IMG/VR virus record: IMGVR_UViG_3300032245_000795 | Location: 51,084-115,083 of that record | DNA: 64,000 nucleotides | Strand: one strand, 5' to 3' | Origin: a virus | In this document: piece by piece, positions 48,345 to 56,812 of the stretch | Numbering within the stretch: position 1 is the first letter of the stretch | Layout of the letters: each line of letters starts with the position of its first letter | Translations under genes and position numbers: made by a program | The notes under the pieces: generated by a model | Databases searched by the model: none | What the model saw: the letters and a program-made list of their open reading frames with translations, nothing else | What the model was told of the DNA's origin: nothing

Positions 48345-48429
48345 GTCCCCACACAGGACCTTAGTGATGGATTAGTTACCCATTGGATAGAGACCGTGGC
48401 GCAAGTCAGGTGAATTGCCTGTGTGGGGC
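48345..48429 (+). ncRNA. Putative structured small RNA (three-way junction)
   Basis: TACAAT 48333-48338; 11-bp closing stem CCCCACACAGG/CCTGTGTGGGG; internal hairpins, one with a GCAA tetraloop. Confidence 0.6.
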
Positions 48430-48456
48430 TTAATACTTTGCGGTATAATAATAACA

Positions 48457-48723
48457 ATGACTGACAAAGAGTTAGACCATTATAACAAGCAAGAGTTTAA
48501 AAAAATGCTTGCTAAGATAAAAGAAGATTCTGGCTGCGTAGACTGCGGTGTTAGTAACCATATAATTTTAGATTTTGATCATTTAAGGGATAAAAAATAT
48601 AACATATCAAGGATGATACATGATGGTTTTTCTTGGAAGGCTATTAAAAAAGAGATTGAAAAGTGCGAGGTAGTGTGTGCAAACTGTCATCGAATAAGGA
48701 CTCATAATAGGCTTGCTGGCTAA
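48457..48723 (+). CDS. Small HNH endonuclease
   Basis: CVDCG...DFDH...VCANCHRIRT. Confidence 0.85.
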   Translation: MTDKELDHYNKQEFKKMLAKIKEDSGCVDCGVSNHIILDFDHLRDKKYNISRMIHDGFSWKAIKKEIEKCEVVCANCHRIRTHNRLAG

Positions 48724-48743
48724 TACTATGCTATAATGATAAG

Positions 48744-49193
48744 ATGGAAGAATTGATTAATCTACTGAAGGTGCTCCTTGCAGACAATATTACTCTTAAG
48801 TTAAAGGCTCATGGTTACCACTGGAATGTAGAAGGAGATGACTTCCCACAATTTCACGATTTTTTTGGTGACATTTATGCAGACTATGAGTCAGCAACAG
48901 ATACTTATGCTGAATGGATTCGTAAGTTAGATTCTTATGCACCATTTAAATTATCAAGGTTTATTCAACTGAATGAAGTTGGTGAGCCAGATGTAACATC
49001 AGATCCTATGATGATGTCTAAAGATTTGCTAATTTCAAATGATATGGTTCTTGCTAAGTTAGTAGATGCCTGTGATATGGCAACAAAAAATAGACAACAT
49101 GCTCTTGCAAACTTTTTTGCAGAAAGAATGGATCAGCATCAAAGATGGCATTGGATGCTATCTGCATCAACCAAACCAATGGGAGAAGAATAA
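48744..49193 (+). CDS. dps: Dps/ferritin-like protein
   Basis: HGYHWNVEG..F...H...D..AE...H....WML. Confidence 0.9.
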   Translation: MEELINLLKVLLADNITLKLKAHGYHWNVEGDDFPQFHDFFGDIYADYESATDTYAEWIRKLDSYAPFKLSRFIQLNEVGEPDVTSDPMMMSKDLLISNDMVLAKLVDACDMATKNRQHALANFFAERMDQHQRWHWMLSASTKPMGEE

Positions 49194-50227
49194 TGACAAG
49201 TTTATACAAAAGTGAAGCATCAATAGCAACATCGCCAAACCCAGAAAACCCTTCTGACTCCATTAATCCAACAGTTGGAATGGCTAAGCCTGCAGTAATG
49301 TCAGCAGGAAAGAAAAAGAAAAAGAAGTATCGTGCTGCAAAGTCAATCGAATCAACAACTATTTTAAAAGATATGGTTGCTGAAGGTGACTTTGTTATTG
49401 TTTCGTGTGAAGATGAAACACATGTTGGTATTGTTCAGTATGTCATGACTGAAGGAATGTTTGGAATTGCCACGTCTGATTATTCTATTGAAGCATCAGC
49501 AGAAAACCCAGCGGTTCTTGTTCGTACCCTTGAATTTGAAGAAGATGAGGGTATTTGGGAAGAATCAGAATATTTAGTAGGAGCAGAAGCAAAGATGGTT
49601 ACTAAGATTGAGCCACTTGCTTTAGAAGTCGAGACTGTAGCAAATGTAGATGCTTCAGAAGTTTCTATGGCCATGTATGACTCATCAATAGGTAAGGCTG
49701 CTCCATGTTGGGATGGATATGTACAGCGTGGAATGAAGCCAGGAGATAATGGTAAGCCAGTTCCTAATTGTGTTCCTGCTGCAAAAGCAGATGATCTATT
49801 TGAAGATGATGATACAGTTGAATACGACACAGACTCAGTATCAAAGGCTGAAGGATACTCACCACCAGCAGGAGCAAGATCTGCTGCTCGTAGAGCAATT
49901 AAGTTTAAGGAAGATGGAAAGGCTAACGGCGCAGGAACATCAGTTGGCTGGACTCGTGCAGGGCAGTTAGCAAGAGGAGAGTCACTATCTCTTAGTACTG
50001 TTAAGAGAATGTACTCATACTTCTCACGTCATGAAGTTGATAAGAAGGGTAAGGACTGGGGAAATACAGAAAACCCTTCTAATGGATACATCATGTGGCT
50101 TGCATGGGGTGGAGATGCAGGTTTCTCATGGTCAAGAGGAATTGTTAATCGTGAAAAAGATAAAGCATTATTTAGTGATTTTGGTAAAGACTATACAAAT
50201 GTAAAAACAGAAAGACACTCCCTATAA
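49193..50227 (+). CDS. Modular protein, probably virion head-associated
   Basis: CWDGY...VPNCVP module and GTSVGWTRA...RMYSYFSRH...WGGDAG module, both seen in phage head-related proteins. Confidence 0.5.
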   Translation: MTSLYKSEASIATSPNPENPSDSINPTVGMAKPAVMSAGKKKKKKYRAAKSIESTTILKDMVAEGDFVIVSCEDETHVGIVQYVMTEGMFGIATSDYSIEASAENPAVLVRTLEFEEDEGIWEESEYLVGAEAKMVTKIEPLALEVETVANVDASEVSMAMYDSSIGKAAPCWDGYVQRGMKPGDNGKPVPNCVPAAKADDLFEDDDTVEYDTDSVSKAEGYSPPAGARSAARRAIKFKEDGKANGAGTSVGWTRAGQLARGESLSLSTVKRMYSYFSRHEVDKKGKDWGNTENPSNGYIMWLAWGGDAGFSWSRGIVNREKDKALFSDFGKDYTNVKTERHSL

Positions 50228-50355
50228 TGCCAAAGAAAAAATCATTGGCATTTAACCCTATTCAGATCAAAAACGGTTGGATTGTTAGGCTGTACAAAGA
50301 TGGTCGGATTAAATCTAAGATTGCACCATACGAACCAAAACATACTAAGAAATAG
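50227..50355 (+). CDS. Small basic protein (42 aa, not in ORF track)
   Basis: MPKKKSLAFNPIQIKNGWIVRLYKDGRIK...; TAATG coupling. Confidence 0.55.
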   Translation: MPKKKSLAFNPIQIKNGWIVRLYKDGRIKSKIAPYEPKHTKK

Positions 50356-50357
50356 AA

Positions 50358-51095
50358 ATGCTAAAGTACGATAAAGTATACTTTTTGCACATTCCAAAAA
50401 CAGGTGGAAGGTTTTTTACAAAGTATATCCTTGAGCCAATAGAAAATACATTAAAAGAAAATGGAATAGATGTAGTTAAGTTACCACCAAATGTTTCAAA
50501 GCATGGTGGATGGCATAAAGAGATAGACGACAAAACCTATATTATTTCTGTTTTTAGAGATCCCGTAGAGTTTTTTGTAAGTGTTATTGCTCATATGTTT
50601 GCAGATCAAGAAAGAATGTTAGATGAAAATAAAGACCACATCATAAAAGATAAAACAAAAATTTTAGATATACCAGTAGAGGCTGTTCGTAATAAGATAG
50701 TTCAGTTAGATTATTTAAAAAATTTTCAATCTCAAAACTTTATCTTAAGCCCTACACAAAATCATATTATTCAGGAATCTATAAAAGAGCATAACATTGG
50801 AAATGCTATTGATAAAGAATTAGTATATGAAAGAATAAAGAGAGTTAATCTAATGATAAGGCACAAAGATTTAAAAAATATGAATTACTCTGTATTGATC
50901 AACAAGATATCAAAAGATCTCGGAATAAATATAAACATAAAATTTCCAGAAGCAGATAGAGAACACTATAAAAATAATTCTTCAGAAGTTCTTTTTGATA
51001 AACTCAGTAAAGATGATATAAATTTTATATATGAAAACTTTTTATTTGATAAAGAAATATATCAGAATGATTCAATATTTTGGACAGAAAAATAG
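50358..51095 (+). CDS. Second sulfotransferase family protein
   Basis: FLHIPKTGG, FRDPVE, DKEIY. Confidence 0.8.
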   Translation: MLKYDKVYFLHIPKTGGRFFTKYILEPIENTLKENGIDVVKLPPNVSKHGGWHKEIDDKTYIISVFRDPVEFFVSVIAHMFADQERMLDENKDHIIKDKTKILDIPVEAVRNKIVQLDYLKNFQSQNFILSPTQNHIIQESIKEHNIGNAIDKELVYERIKRVNLMIRHKDLKNMNYSVLINKISKDLGININIKFPEADREHYKNNSSEVLFDKLSKDDINFIYENFLFDKEIYQNDSIFWTEK

Positions 51096-51199
51096 GATAG
51101 TTTTAGGTCATATCCAGGACTTTTACATTAAGGACAACATAGTGTTGCAACACGCTATGTTAATGTTTCCCGACATAAACATAACAACTATATTGTCAC
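51092..51199 (-). ncRNA. Putative structured small RNA ending in pseudoknot copy 3
   Basis: Minus-strand TGATATAAT at 51206-51214; nested 11-bp and 9-bp stems; GTCCTGGATATGACCTAAAACTATCC at the 3' end; no ORF. Confidence 0.65.
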
Positions 51200-51216
51200 A
51201 CTTTAATTATATCATG

Positions 51217-51288
51217 TACCCCTGGCAGGAATCGAACCTGCGACAAACGGATTAGAAGTCCGCTACTCTTCCGCTGAGTTACAGAGGT
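51217..51288 (-). tRNA. tRNA-Arg(UCU)
   Basis: GCGGA-CTTCTAA-TCCGT anticodon arm; GGTTCGATTCC. Confidence 0.92.
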
Positions 51289-51289
51289 A

Positions 51290-51366
51290 TGGTACATCTG
51301 GAAGGACTTGAACCTTCGGCTCTCTGCATATAAGGCAGGTACTCTAACCAACTGAGTTACAGATGT
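51290..51366 (-). tRNA. tRNA-Ile(UAU), CCA encoded
   Basis: CCTGC-CTTATAT-GCAGA anticodon arm; GGTTCAAGTCC. Confidence 0.88.
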
Positions 51367-51367
51367 G

Positions 51368-51442
51368 TACACCAGGTAGGACTTGAACCTACGAATAGCC
51401 GAATTATGAGTTCGGTGCCTTAACCAACTTGGCTACTGGTGC
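51368..51442 (-). tRNA. tRNA with CAU anticodon (elongator Met or Ile2)
   Basis: CCGAA-CTCATAA-TTCGG; lacks the initiator GGG/CCC stem. Confidence 0.88.
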
Positions 51443-51605
51443 TAGTCCTTATGATACTAAGATACCAAGAAGCATTCCAATTATAAAGCACAGTATGCCA
51501 ACAGTCCAATGATAGTAAGTCTTCATGTGCTCTTTAATAATGTAGCGCTTTAAATCTTTTGATATTTTGTTAAACTCTTTATTATCTAACATAAACTATC
51601 CAATC

Positions 51606-51767
51606 TTATTTAGTTGATGTATTTTCTAAACCAAGAAGTATTTGTTTTCTGATCTCAATCTGTTTGCGCTCAAACTTTGAGAAATATGGCTTGGCCTGTA
51701 TTCTTTTCTTATTTTTGTTTGCTCTTTTAATTTTATGTTGAGAAACCTTATTATTTGATTGTTTCAT
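51606..51767 (-). CDS. Small basic protein
   Basis: Lys/Arg-rich ORF. Confidence 0.45.
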   Translation of the reverse strand: MKQSNNKVSQHKIKRANKNKKRIQAKPYFSKFERKQIEIRKQILLGLENTSTK

Positions 51768-51932
51768 TTTGATCCCTGATTCTCTGCTACATTGTCGCAA
51801 GGACAGATAATTGATTCTGGAAGTTCGTGAACTTTTGTTACGATTGTAATAGTAGTTTCACACTCTTTGCATTTATAGATCTTCTTGATTTGTTTGCTCA
51901 TATACTAATCATACCATTCTCTGTAGTGTAAG

Positions 51933-52391
51933 TCAATTCTTGTTCCCATCCCAATCTCCTATCTTTGTTGTAGGAATACTGTGATCCTCCCACAATTTTA
52001 TCACATTGGGGTTGTCATCCACGGCATGAGTAACATCCCAAAGAAGACTTATTTTATCAAGCATATCTTTTTTTGCTTCATAATCTGGTCTATTGTCATC
52101 ATCCGCTCTCATAAATAGTGCATGAGATCTAATGTTATTTTTAGCAAGCCACATAGATGTTAGTCCACGATATTTTTCTTTACGAGATGTAACAACTAAG
52201 ATAGAATGCCCATCACTAACAGAATTGTTAAGCATCTCAAGTACTTCTATATTTGGCAGGGCATCTATAGAAGCCCCATGAAAGGCATCGTAATACCTAT
52301 TAGAGCCACGAACATAGTGCAGATATGGATCTACATTGGCTAAGGTGCCATCCACATCATAGATGTGTGCTGTAGGCTTAATCTTGATCAA
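51933..52391 (-). CDS. HAD phosphatase (PNKP 3'-phosphatase-like)
   Basis: DVDGTL, TSR, LFMR..DD.RPD...K, DDNP. Confidence 0.85.
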   Translation of the reverse strand: MIKIKPTAHIYDVDGTLANVDPYLHYVRGSNRYYDAFHGASIDALPNIEVLEMLNNSVSDGHSILVVTSRKEKYRGLTSMWLAKNNIRSHALFMRADDDNRPDYEAKKDMLDKISLLWDVTHAVDDNPNVIKLWEDHSIPTTKIGDWDGNKN

Positions 52392-52643
52392 CCTTGTATG
52401 TCATAATAAAGTAGCATACTGCGTACCCTGCAATAAATGCTGGTACTAAGGATAATAAACTAATCATTCAAAATCTACCTGCCTCTCAAACAAACTACTC
52501 ATATAGTTGTCATCTCCTCTTGCAACCTTTGCTGCAAGTATACGCATGCCAAGTGCATTGGTAACGGAGTCTTCAATTGGCAAAGACTCAATAGCCCTTG
52601 CGATTTCTTCTCTTAATGTCATTTCATCTATACTCATAACTAA

Positions 52644-52672
52644 AGTATACCTTAAGATGAGTTAGTTGTCAA
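52644..52672 (-). promoter_or_regulatory. TTGACA-17-TATACT leaderless promoter (ATG at 52637)
   Basis: Canonical spacing; the -35 box overlaps the TGA stop of the upstream peroxidase. Confidence 0.7.
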
Positions 52673-53097
52673 ACAATATCTGATACTTGATGAGAACTAA
52701 GATAATGAGTAATTGATCCATCAGAAGATATTAAAAATTTTTCAAAGTTCCAACCAATATTTGTAATGCCAGTGCTTTCCTTACAATGCTTATATATTGG
52801 ATGAGCATTAGGACCATTGACCTCTACTTTTTGAGATAGTGGAAATTTCACACCATAATTGGTTGTACAAAATTCTTTAATATCTTGGTTGTTTCCAGGC
52901 TCTTGGTTTCCAAACTGATTACATGGAAAACCCAAGACCACAACTGAGTCACTATATACTTTCTGTAGATCTGAATACTGTGTTGTATAACCACAATTGC
53001 TTGCAGTATTAACTATTAATATTTTTTTTCCTTTAAAACTTTCGAGTTTTATTTCATTACCAGAATTGTCAGTAAATGACAAATCATATATACTCAT
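52669..53097 (-). CDS. gpx: Glutathione peroxidase family (Cys type)
   Basis: NTASNCGYT, GFPCNQF, WNFEKFL. Confidence 0.92.
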   Translation of the reverse strand: MSIYDLSFTDNSGNEIKLESFKGKKILIVNTASNCGYTTQYSDLQKVYSDSVVVLGFPCNQFGNQEPGNNQDIKEFCTTNYGVKFPLSQKVEVNGPNAHPIYKHCKESTGITNIGWNFEKFLISSDGSITHYLSSHQVSDIV

Positions 53098-53115
53098 ACG
53101 AGTCTCTTCTTTCTG

Positions 53116-53904
53116 TTAGTTAGATAGAACAAGGTTAGGATTGATGCGTGATCTTTCACCAGCAATAAGCCGTTCAATATGATCACGAATAACAGTATTC
53201 TCTTCATTGAAGATGTATTCTGATCTATCTGGGCCCATCTTTGGGTCTGCACCTTGTGCAATAAGATCTTCCTTTAGTGTACGCTCTACGTCCCAGTTTA
53301 ATGTTGTGGCAGGATAGTGCTTAGCGACATATCCATCCTTGTCAATTAAATACTTTTCAAAGTTAGCGTTCATCATGATACCACCGTTGTGCTCATTTAG
53401 GTATCTTGATTCATGGTCTGTCTTTTCAACTAATCCTTTTACTCTCTTATCTTCCTGCAAGGCTTTAATTTGTTCAGATATTTCTAAATAAAGTTCATGC
53501 CTATCTCCAAAAGGCTCACCATTTCCGTTAAGTCCTGGACCTTTACCAAGCCATGGTGCTTCTAATGGAATTTCTGCGGGATTGGATGTAATCATCTCTG
53601 AGAATGGGAATGTAACACCATAAACATCTTCTCCATATAACTTAGAGTCCATTCCACATGTAATACCTTGTGACCACTTACCCTTTGTGATGCTTGGACC
53701 ACAAAAATCGTTAGTAGGAATTGCTACAACAGTAAAATCTTCTCCTGCCAGATCTTCTTGAATCCACTGAATAGACTCCATTTGACCAGCGTTACCACAG
53801 CCTACTGTAGTGTTGATGAGCAAAACTGCTTTGCCCTTAAATTGTTCAAGAAAATTTGGAGTGCCTTCTGCAGATTCCAGTTTGATGTCATAGATAGATT
53901 TCAT
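53116..53904 (-). CDS. Divergent glutathione peroxidase-like protein
   Basis: NTTVGCGN, IPTNDF, NFEKYLIDKDG with long insertions. Confidence 0.75.
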   Translation of the reverse strand: MKSIYDIKLESAEGTPNFLEQFKGKAVLLINTTVGCGNAGQMESIQWIQEDLAGEDFTVVAIPTNDFCGPSITKGKWSQGITCGMDSKLYGEDVYGVTFPFSEMITSNPAEIPLEAPWLGKGPGLNGNGEPFGDRHELYLEISEQIKALQEDKRVKGLVEKTDHESRYLNEHNGGIMMNANFEKYLIDKDGYVAKHYPATTLNWDVERTLKEDLIAQGADPKMGPDRSEYIFNEENTVIRDHIERLIAGERSRINPNLVLSN

Positions 53905-53924
53905 AGTTTTATTATAACATATAT

Positions 53925-54608
53925 TTAGCAGTCATCTGCTGTGCTTATAGGCGCTATTTCTGGGTTAACAAAAGAGTTTCCGTACAAAGTGTGTCTTGAG
54001 TTAGGACCAAGAACCTTGTTTACTCTATGGCTATACTCTTCTCCGCCAGGAATAACAGCAAGCATACCAGCCTTTGGCTTAACCTTAATTGGAAGGTTTT
54101 TAAATTCAAGTTCTCCGCCATCAAAGTCATCATTTAAATAAAGACTAAAAGATGCTAAGATGTTGTGCTCAACTCCTGGATCTTGATGCCAGTACATTGC
54201 AAAATCAATTTCACTTTTATCTATCCCATACTCATTCATTAGATCATTGTTTGCATTTTCAACAATCTCTTCATCTGTCATATATTTAAATGTTTGAAGA
54301 GTTGCATGTCTTTTGTATCCCGCTGGAAGAACAGAGTCAAGTCTATCCCATACTCCACCAGGCTTTGAAAATACTGAAAGTTCTATAACCTGAGAAGTTT
54401 TATTAGGAAATTCTATATTGCCATCAGCATTATACTTAGGAATAATATTTAAAAATTTATTCAGTATGTTTCTATATGGAGACCTCATTGTTGGGTACCA
54501 TCCATTTACATCGTCTGTCTGAGTTTTAAACCAAGCCAACTCTTCTTCTGTCAAGAAGTTCTCTATGATCCAAACCTTTTTTGCTTCATCTAAGTATATT
54601 TTTTCCAT
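53925..54608 (-). CDS. Prolyl 4-hydroxylase-like 2OG-Fe(II) oxygenase
   Basis: HQD, YLNDDFDGGEL, HRV, R. Confidence 0.85.
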   Translation of the reverse strand: MEKIYLDEAKKVWIIENFLTEEELAWFKTQTDDVNGWYPTMRSPYRNILNKFLNIIPKYNADGNIEFPNKTSQVIELSVFSKPGGVWDRLDSVLPAGYKRHATLQTFKYMTDEEIVENANNDLMNEYGIDKSEIDFAMYWHQDPGVEHNILASFSLYLNDDFDGGELEFKNLPIKVKPKAGMLAVIPGGEEYSHRVNKVLGPNSRHTLYGNSFVNPEIAPISTADDC

Positions 54609-54631
54609 ATTTAAATGATACCATAACTTTG

Positions 54632-54703
54632 TAGCCCCAACGGGAATCGAACCCGTCTTTACGCCGTGAAAGGGCGTTGTCCTAACCGATAGACGATGGA
54701 GCC
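54632..54703 (-). tRNA. tRNA-Glu(UUC)
   Basis: ACGCC-CTTTCAC-GGCGT; GGTTCGATTCC. Confidence 0.92.
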
Positions 54704-54709
54704 ATTAAA

Positions 54710-54931
54710 TCATCTTTCTAAAATATAGTAAGTGCCCCACCAAGTATATGGTTTGTTTAAAATTAACCACATTTTTGCGTGGTATTTATAACGAAACCCT
54801 AAGTTACTATCCAATTCCTCATCTATACACATAGCCTTAAACAAATGATTACCAGCAAATCCACCACAGAAGTTACCTATGACTCTTAGTGGCCATATTC
54901 TAGTCTTTTCTATCTTTGTTATTCGTGTCAT
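54710..54931 (-). CDS. Hypothetical protein
   Basis: ORF in minus-strand run; start uncertain. Confidence 0.45.
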   Translation of the reverse strand: MTRITKIEKTRIWPLRVIGNFCGGFAGNHLFKAMCIDEELDSNLGFRYKYHAKMWLILNKPYTWWGTYYILER

Positions 54932-55181
54932 CTTTTTCCCATACTTTCTTACCGTTTTTGTATACTGGCCAATAGCCAAGGCTACGCCAATCCATTTGAG
55001 TTATCTTAGGTTCTTTTGGCATTGGTACACCAGATATGTCCATCGCTCATGGTTTGATGAGTGTTCCAAAAGATAGGATCTTTATGTGATAAACCACATG
55101 AGGGGCATTCATTTTTTTTCTTCATATACTAAGTATACACCCACCACACCTCAATGTCAAAATAGATGATATAATGATCTT

Positions 55182-55580
55182 ATGACTAATTCAATTGTAA
55201 ATGCAGGAACAATAACAGGCTCAGGAAACATTATGGGAAATGCTGGAGCAACATTTTCTAGAACCTTAAGCATATCAAGCGTTAATCTTAATGATGTTGG
55301 CTATGACGCAGTATTTAGCAATAGCACAATGTTCTTTAATAATTCTTTCCCTCCATACTTAACAGATTACATGCCAGAAAGCACCCCTCTTGTTATAACA
55401 GTTAGCGGACTTCTCAATCCAGAAGATCAAGCAATGAATGGTCAGACTTTTAATGTTGCAAGAGCAAACAATGTAATTGTTGACGTAGACGGTACTTTTA
55501 CTGCCTTTATTAGTGCTTTTAATCTTGCTGGAACCCATGCTTGGGAAAAGTATGATCATGTATGGAACTGGAACTCCTAA
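55182..55580 (+). CDS. Hypothetical beta-rich protein (leaderless)
   Basis: TGATATAAT-N6-ATG. Confidence 0.6.
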   Translation: MTNSIVNAGTITGSGNIMGNAGATFSRTLSISSVNLNDVGYDAVFSNSTMFFNNSFPPYLTDYMPESTPLVITVSGLLNPEDQAMNGQTFNVARANNVIVDVDGTFTAFISAFNLAGTHAWEKYDHVWNWNS

Positions 55581-55589
55581 AGGACAAAG

Positions 55590-56168
55590 TTGTTTATCTA
55601 TGATGATAACTTTTTAAGTTTAGATCAGATTCTTGAAGTAAGCCAAGCAGTAACAAAAAATAATAAAAATATTATTTGGCATACCCTTGAAAATACAAGC
55701 GGTATACGCCAATATCTAAAGTTAAAAAATAATAATATAACAGTATCAGAGGATAAGCAACACTCTCATGCAGCATCTTTTAATAACAAAAAGATGTCAG
55801 ATATCCATGAAATTGGCAGCAATATCCTAAACACTTTTACTAAAAAACACGGGATAGAGGTAAAAAAAACTTTAAGAATTAAAGCAAACATCTTAAATAA
55901 AACAGATAAACAAGATCATATACACCCACCCCATGTAGATATGACCACACCACATATGGTTTTACTATACTATGTAAATGACTCAGATGGGGATACAATA
56001 ATCTTTCATCAAAAGCACTCATCTGATCAAGACCCAGTACTTACGGTTAACAGGTCAATCTCTCCAAAGGCTGGATCAGCAATAATGTTTGATGGTTTGA
56101 CTTATCACTCATCATCTTCCCCTCAATATACAGAAGAAAGAATAGTAATCAATATTAATTTTATCTAA
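55590..56168 (+). CDS. 2OG-Fe(II) oxygenase
   Basis: PHVD, YYVNDSDGDT, HSS, RIVININF. Confidence 0.85.
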   Translation: MFIYDDNFLSLDQILEVSQAVTKNNKNIIWHTLENTSGIRQYLKLKNNNITVSEDKQHSHAASFNNKKMSDIHEIGSNILNTFTKKHGIEVKKTLRIKANILNKTDKQDHIHPPHVDMTTPHMVLLYYVNDSDGDTIIFHQKHSSDQDPVLTVNRSISPKAGSAIMFDGLTYHSSSSPQYTEERIVININFI

Positions 56169-56187
56169 AATATGATACAATAGTTTT

Positions 56188-56424
56188 ATGGCATTTCCAC
56201 CAAATTATCAAGGCCTTTATAATAACGGAGTATCTTATCCACTTGGAGCCACAGTACTTACAGATGGCAACCCATACGGAATTAACGGAGCATACTACAT
56301 CAGAGTCACAAATGGTGGAAACCCAGGATATGCTCCAGGGTACTCAGACAATTGGGAAATATACAACATGCCTAAAGGTATAGACGGCGCAGGATCAGTA
56401 ACTGGTTCTGGCAGTATTGCTTAG
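56188..56424 (+). CDS. Small protein with CBM5/12-like carbohydrate-binding pattern (leaderless)
   Basis: Y....SY..GATV...G..Y...PG....W; TGATACAAT-N6-ATG. Confidence 0.5.
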   Translation: MAFPPNYQGLYNNGVSYPLGATVLTDGNPYGINGAYYIRVTNGGNPGYAPGYSDNWEIYNMPKGIDGAGSVTGSGSIA

Positions 56425-56512
56425 TCAATCCTATCTAAATCTTCAAAACTATTAATACCATAAAGATTAATCATTTCTTCAACAGTAAACTCTAAGTCAA
56501 ACTCTGCTTCAT

Positions 56513-56812
56513 TCATTCTGATCCCTCAATAGGATTTAGTTTAGTATTGTAATAATTAGTAGAGGAGCCGTGTTTCATTTTTCTTAACTTCTTCCATACT
56601 GCAAACCTAAGACCAAGTTTTGTATAGGCAAGCCCACCCCTACCCATCCTAGTGTAATAAACTTCATTATAACGATTAGATAGTTCTTGATTGAATTGTT
56701 GAACTTCCCAAAACATAGCATGCTTGCCATATCTCCAGTCTTTCTCAATCTTTACCCTGATTAACTCTTCAGGTGGTTCAATTTGTGAATATGTCTCTTT
56801 GCGTTGTTTCAT
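56513..56812 (-). CDS. Hypothetical protein
   Basis: Coupled ORF. Confidence 0.5.
   Translation of the reverse strand: MKQRKETYSQIEPPEELIRVKIEKDWRYGKHAMFWEVQQFNQELSNRYNEVYYTRMGRGGLAYTKLGLRFAVWKKLRKMKHGSSTNYYNTKLNPIEGSE

Noticed and set aside
48343-48375. 10-codon leaderless ORF MSPHRTLVMD
   Set aside because: The ATG is only 4 nt from the -10 box (others are 6-7) and the frame is buried in an 11-bp stem; the RNA interpretation fits better.
52669-53904. Selenocysteine or stop-codon recoding
   Set aside because: The peroxidatic residue is Cys. TAA, TAG and TGA all end genes normally, and no suppressor tRNA was seen.
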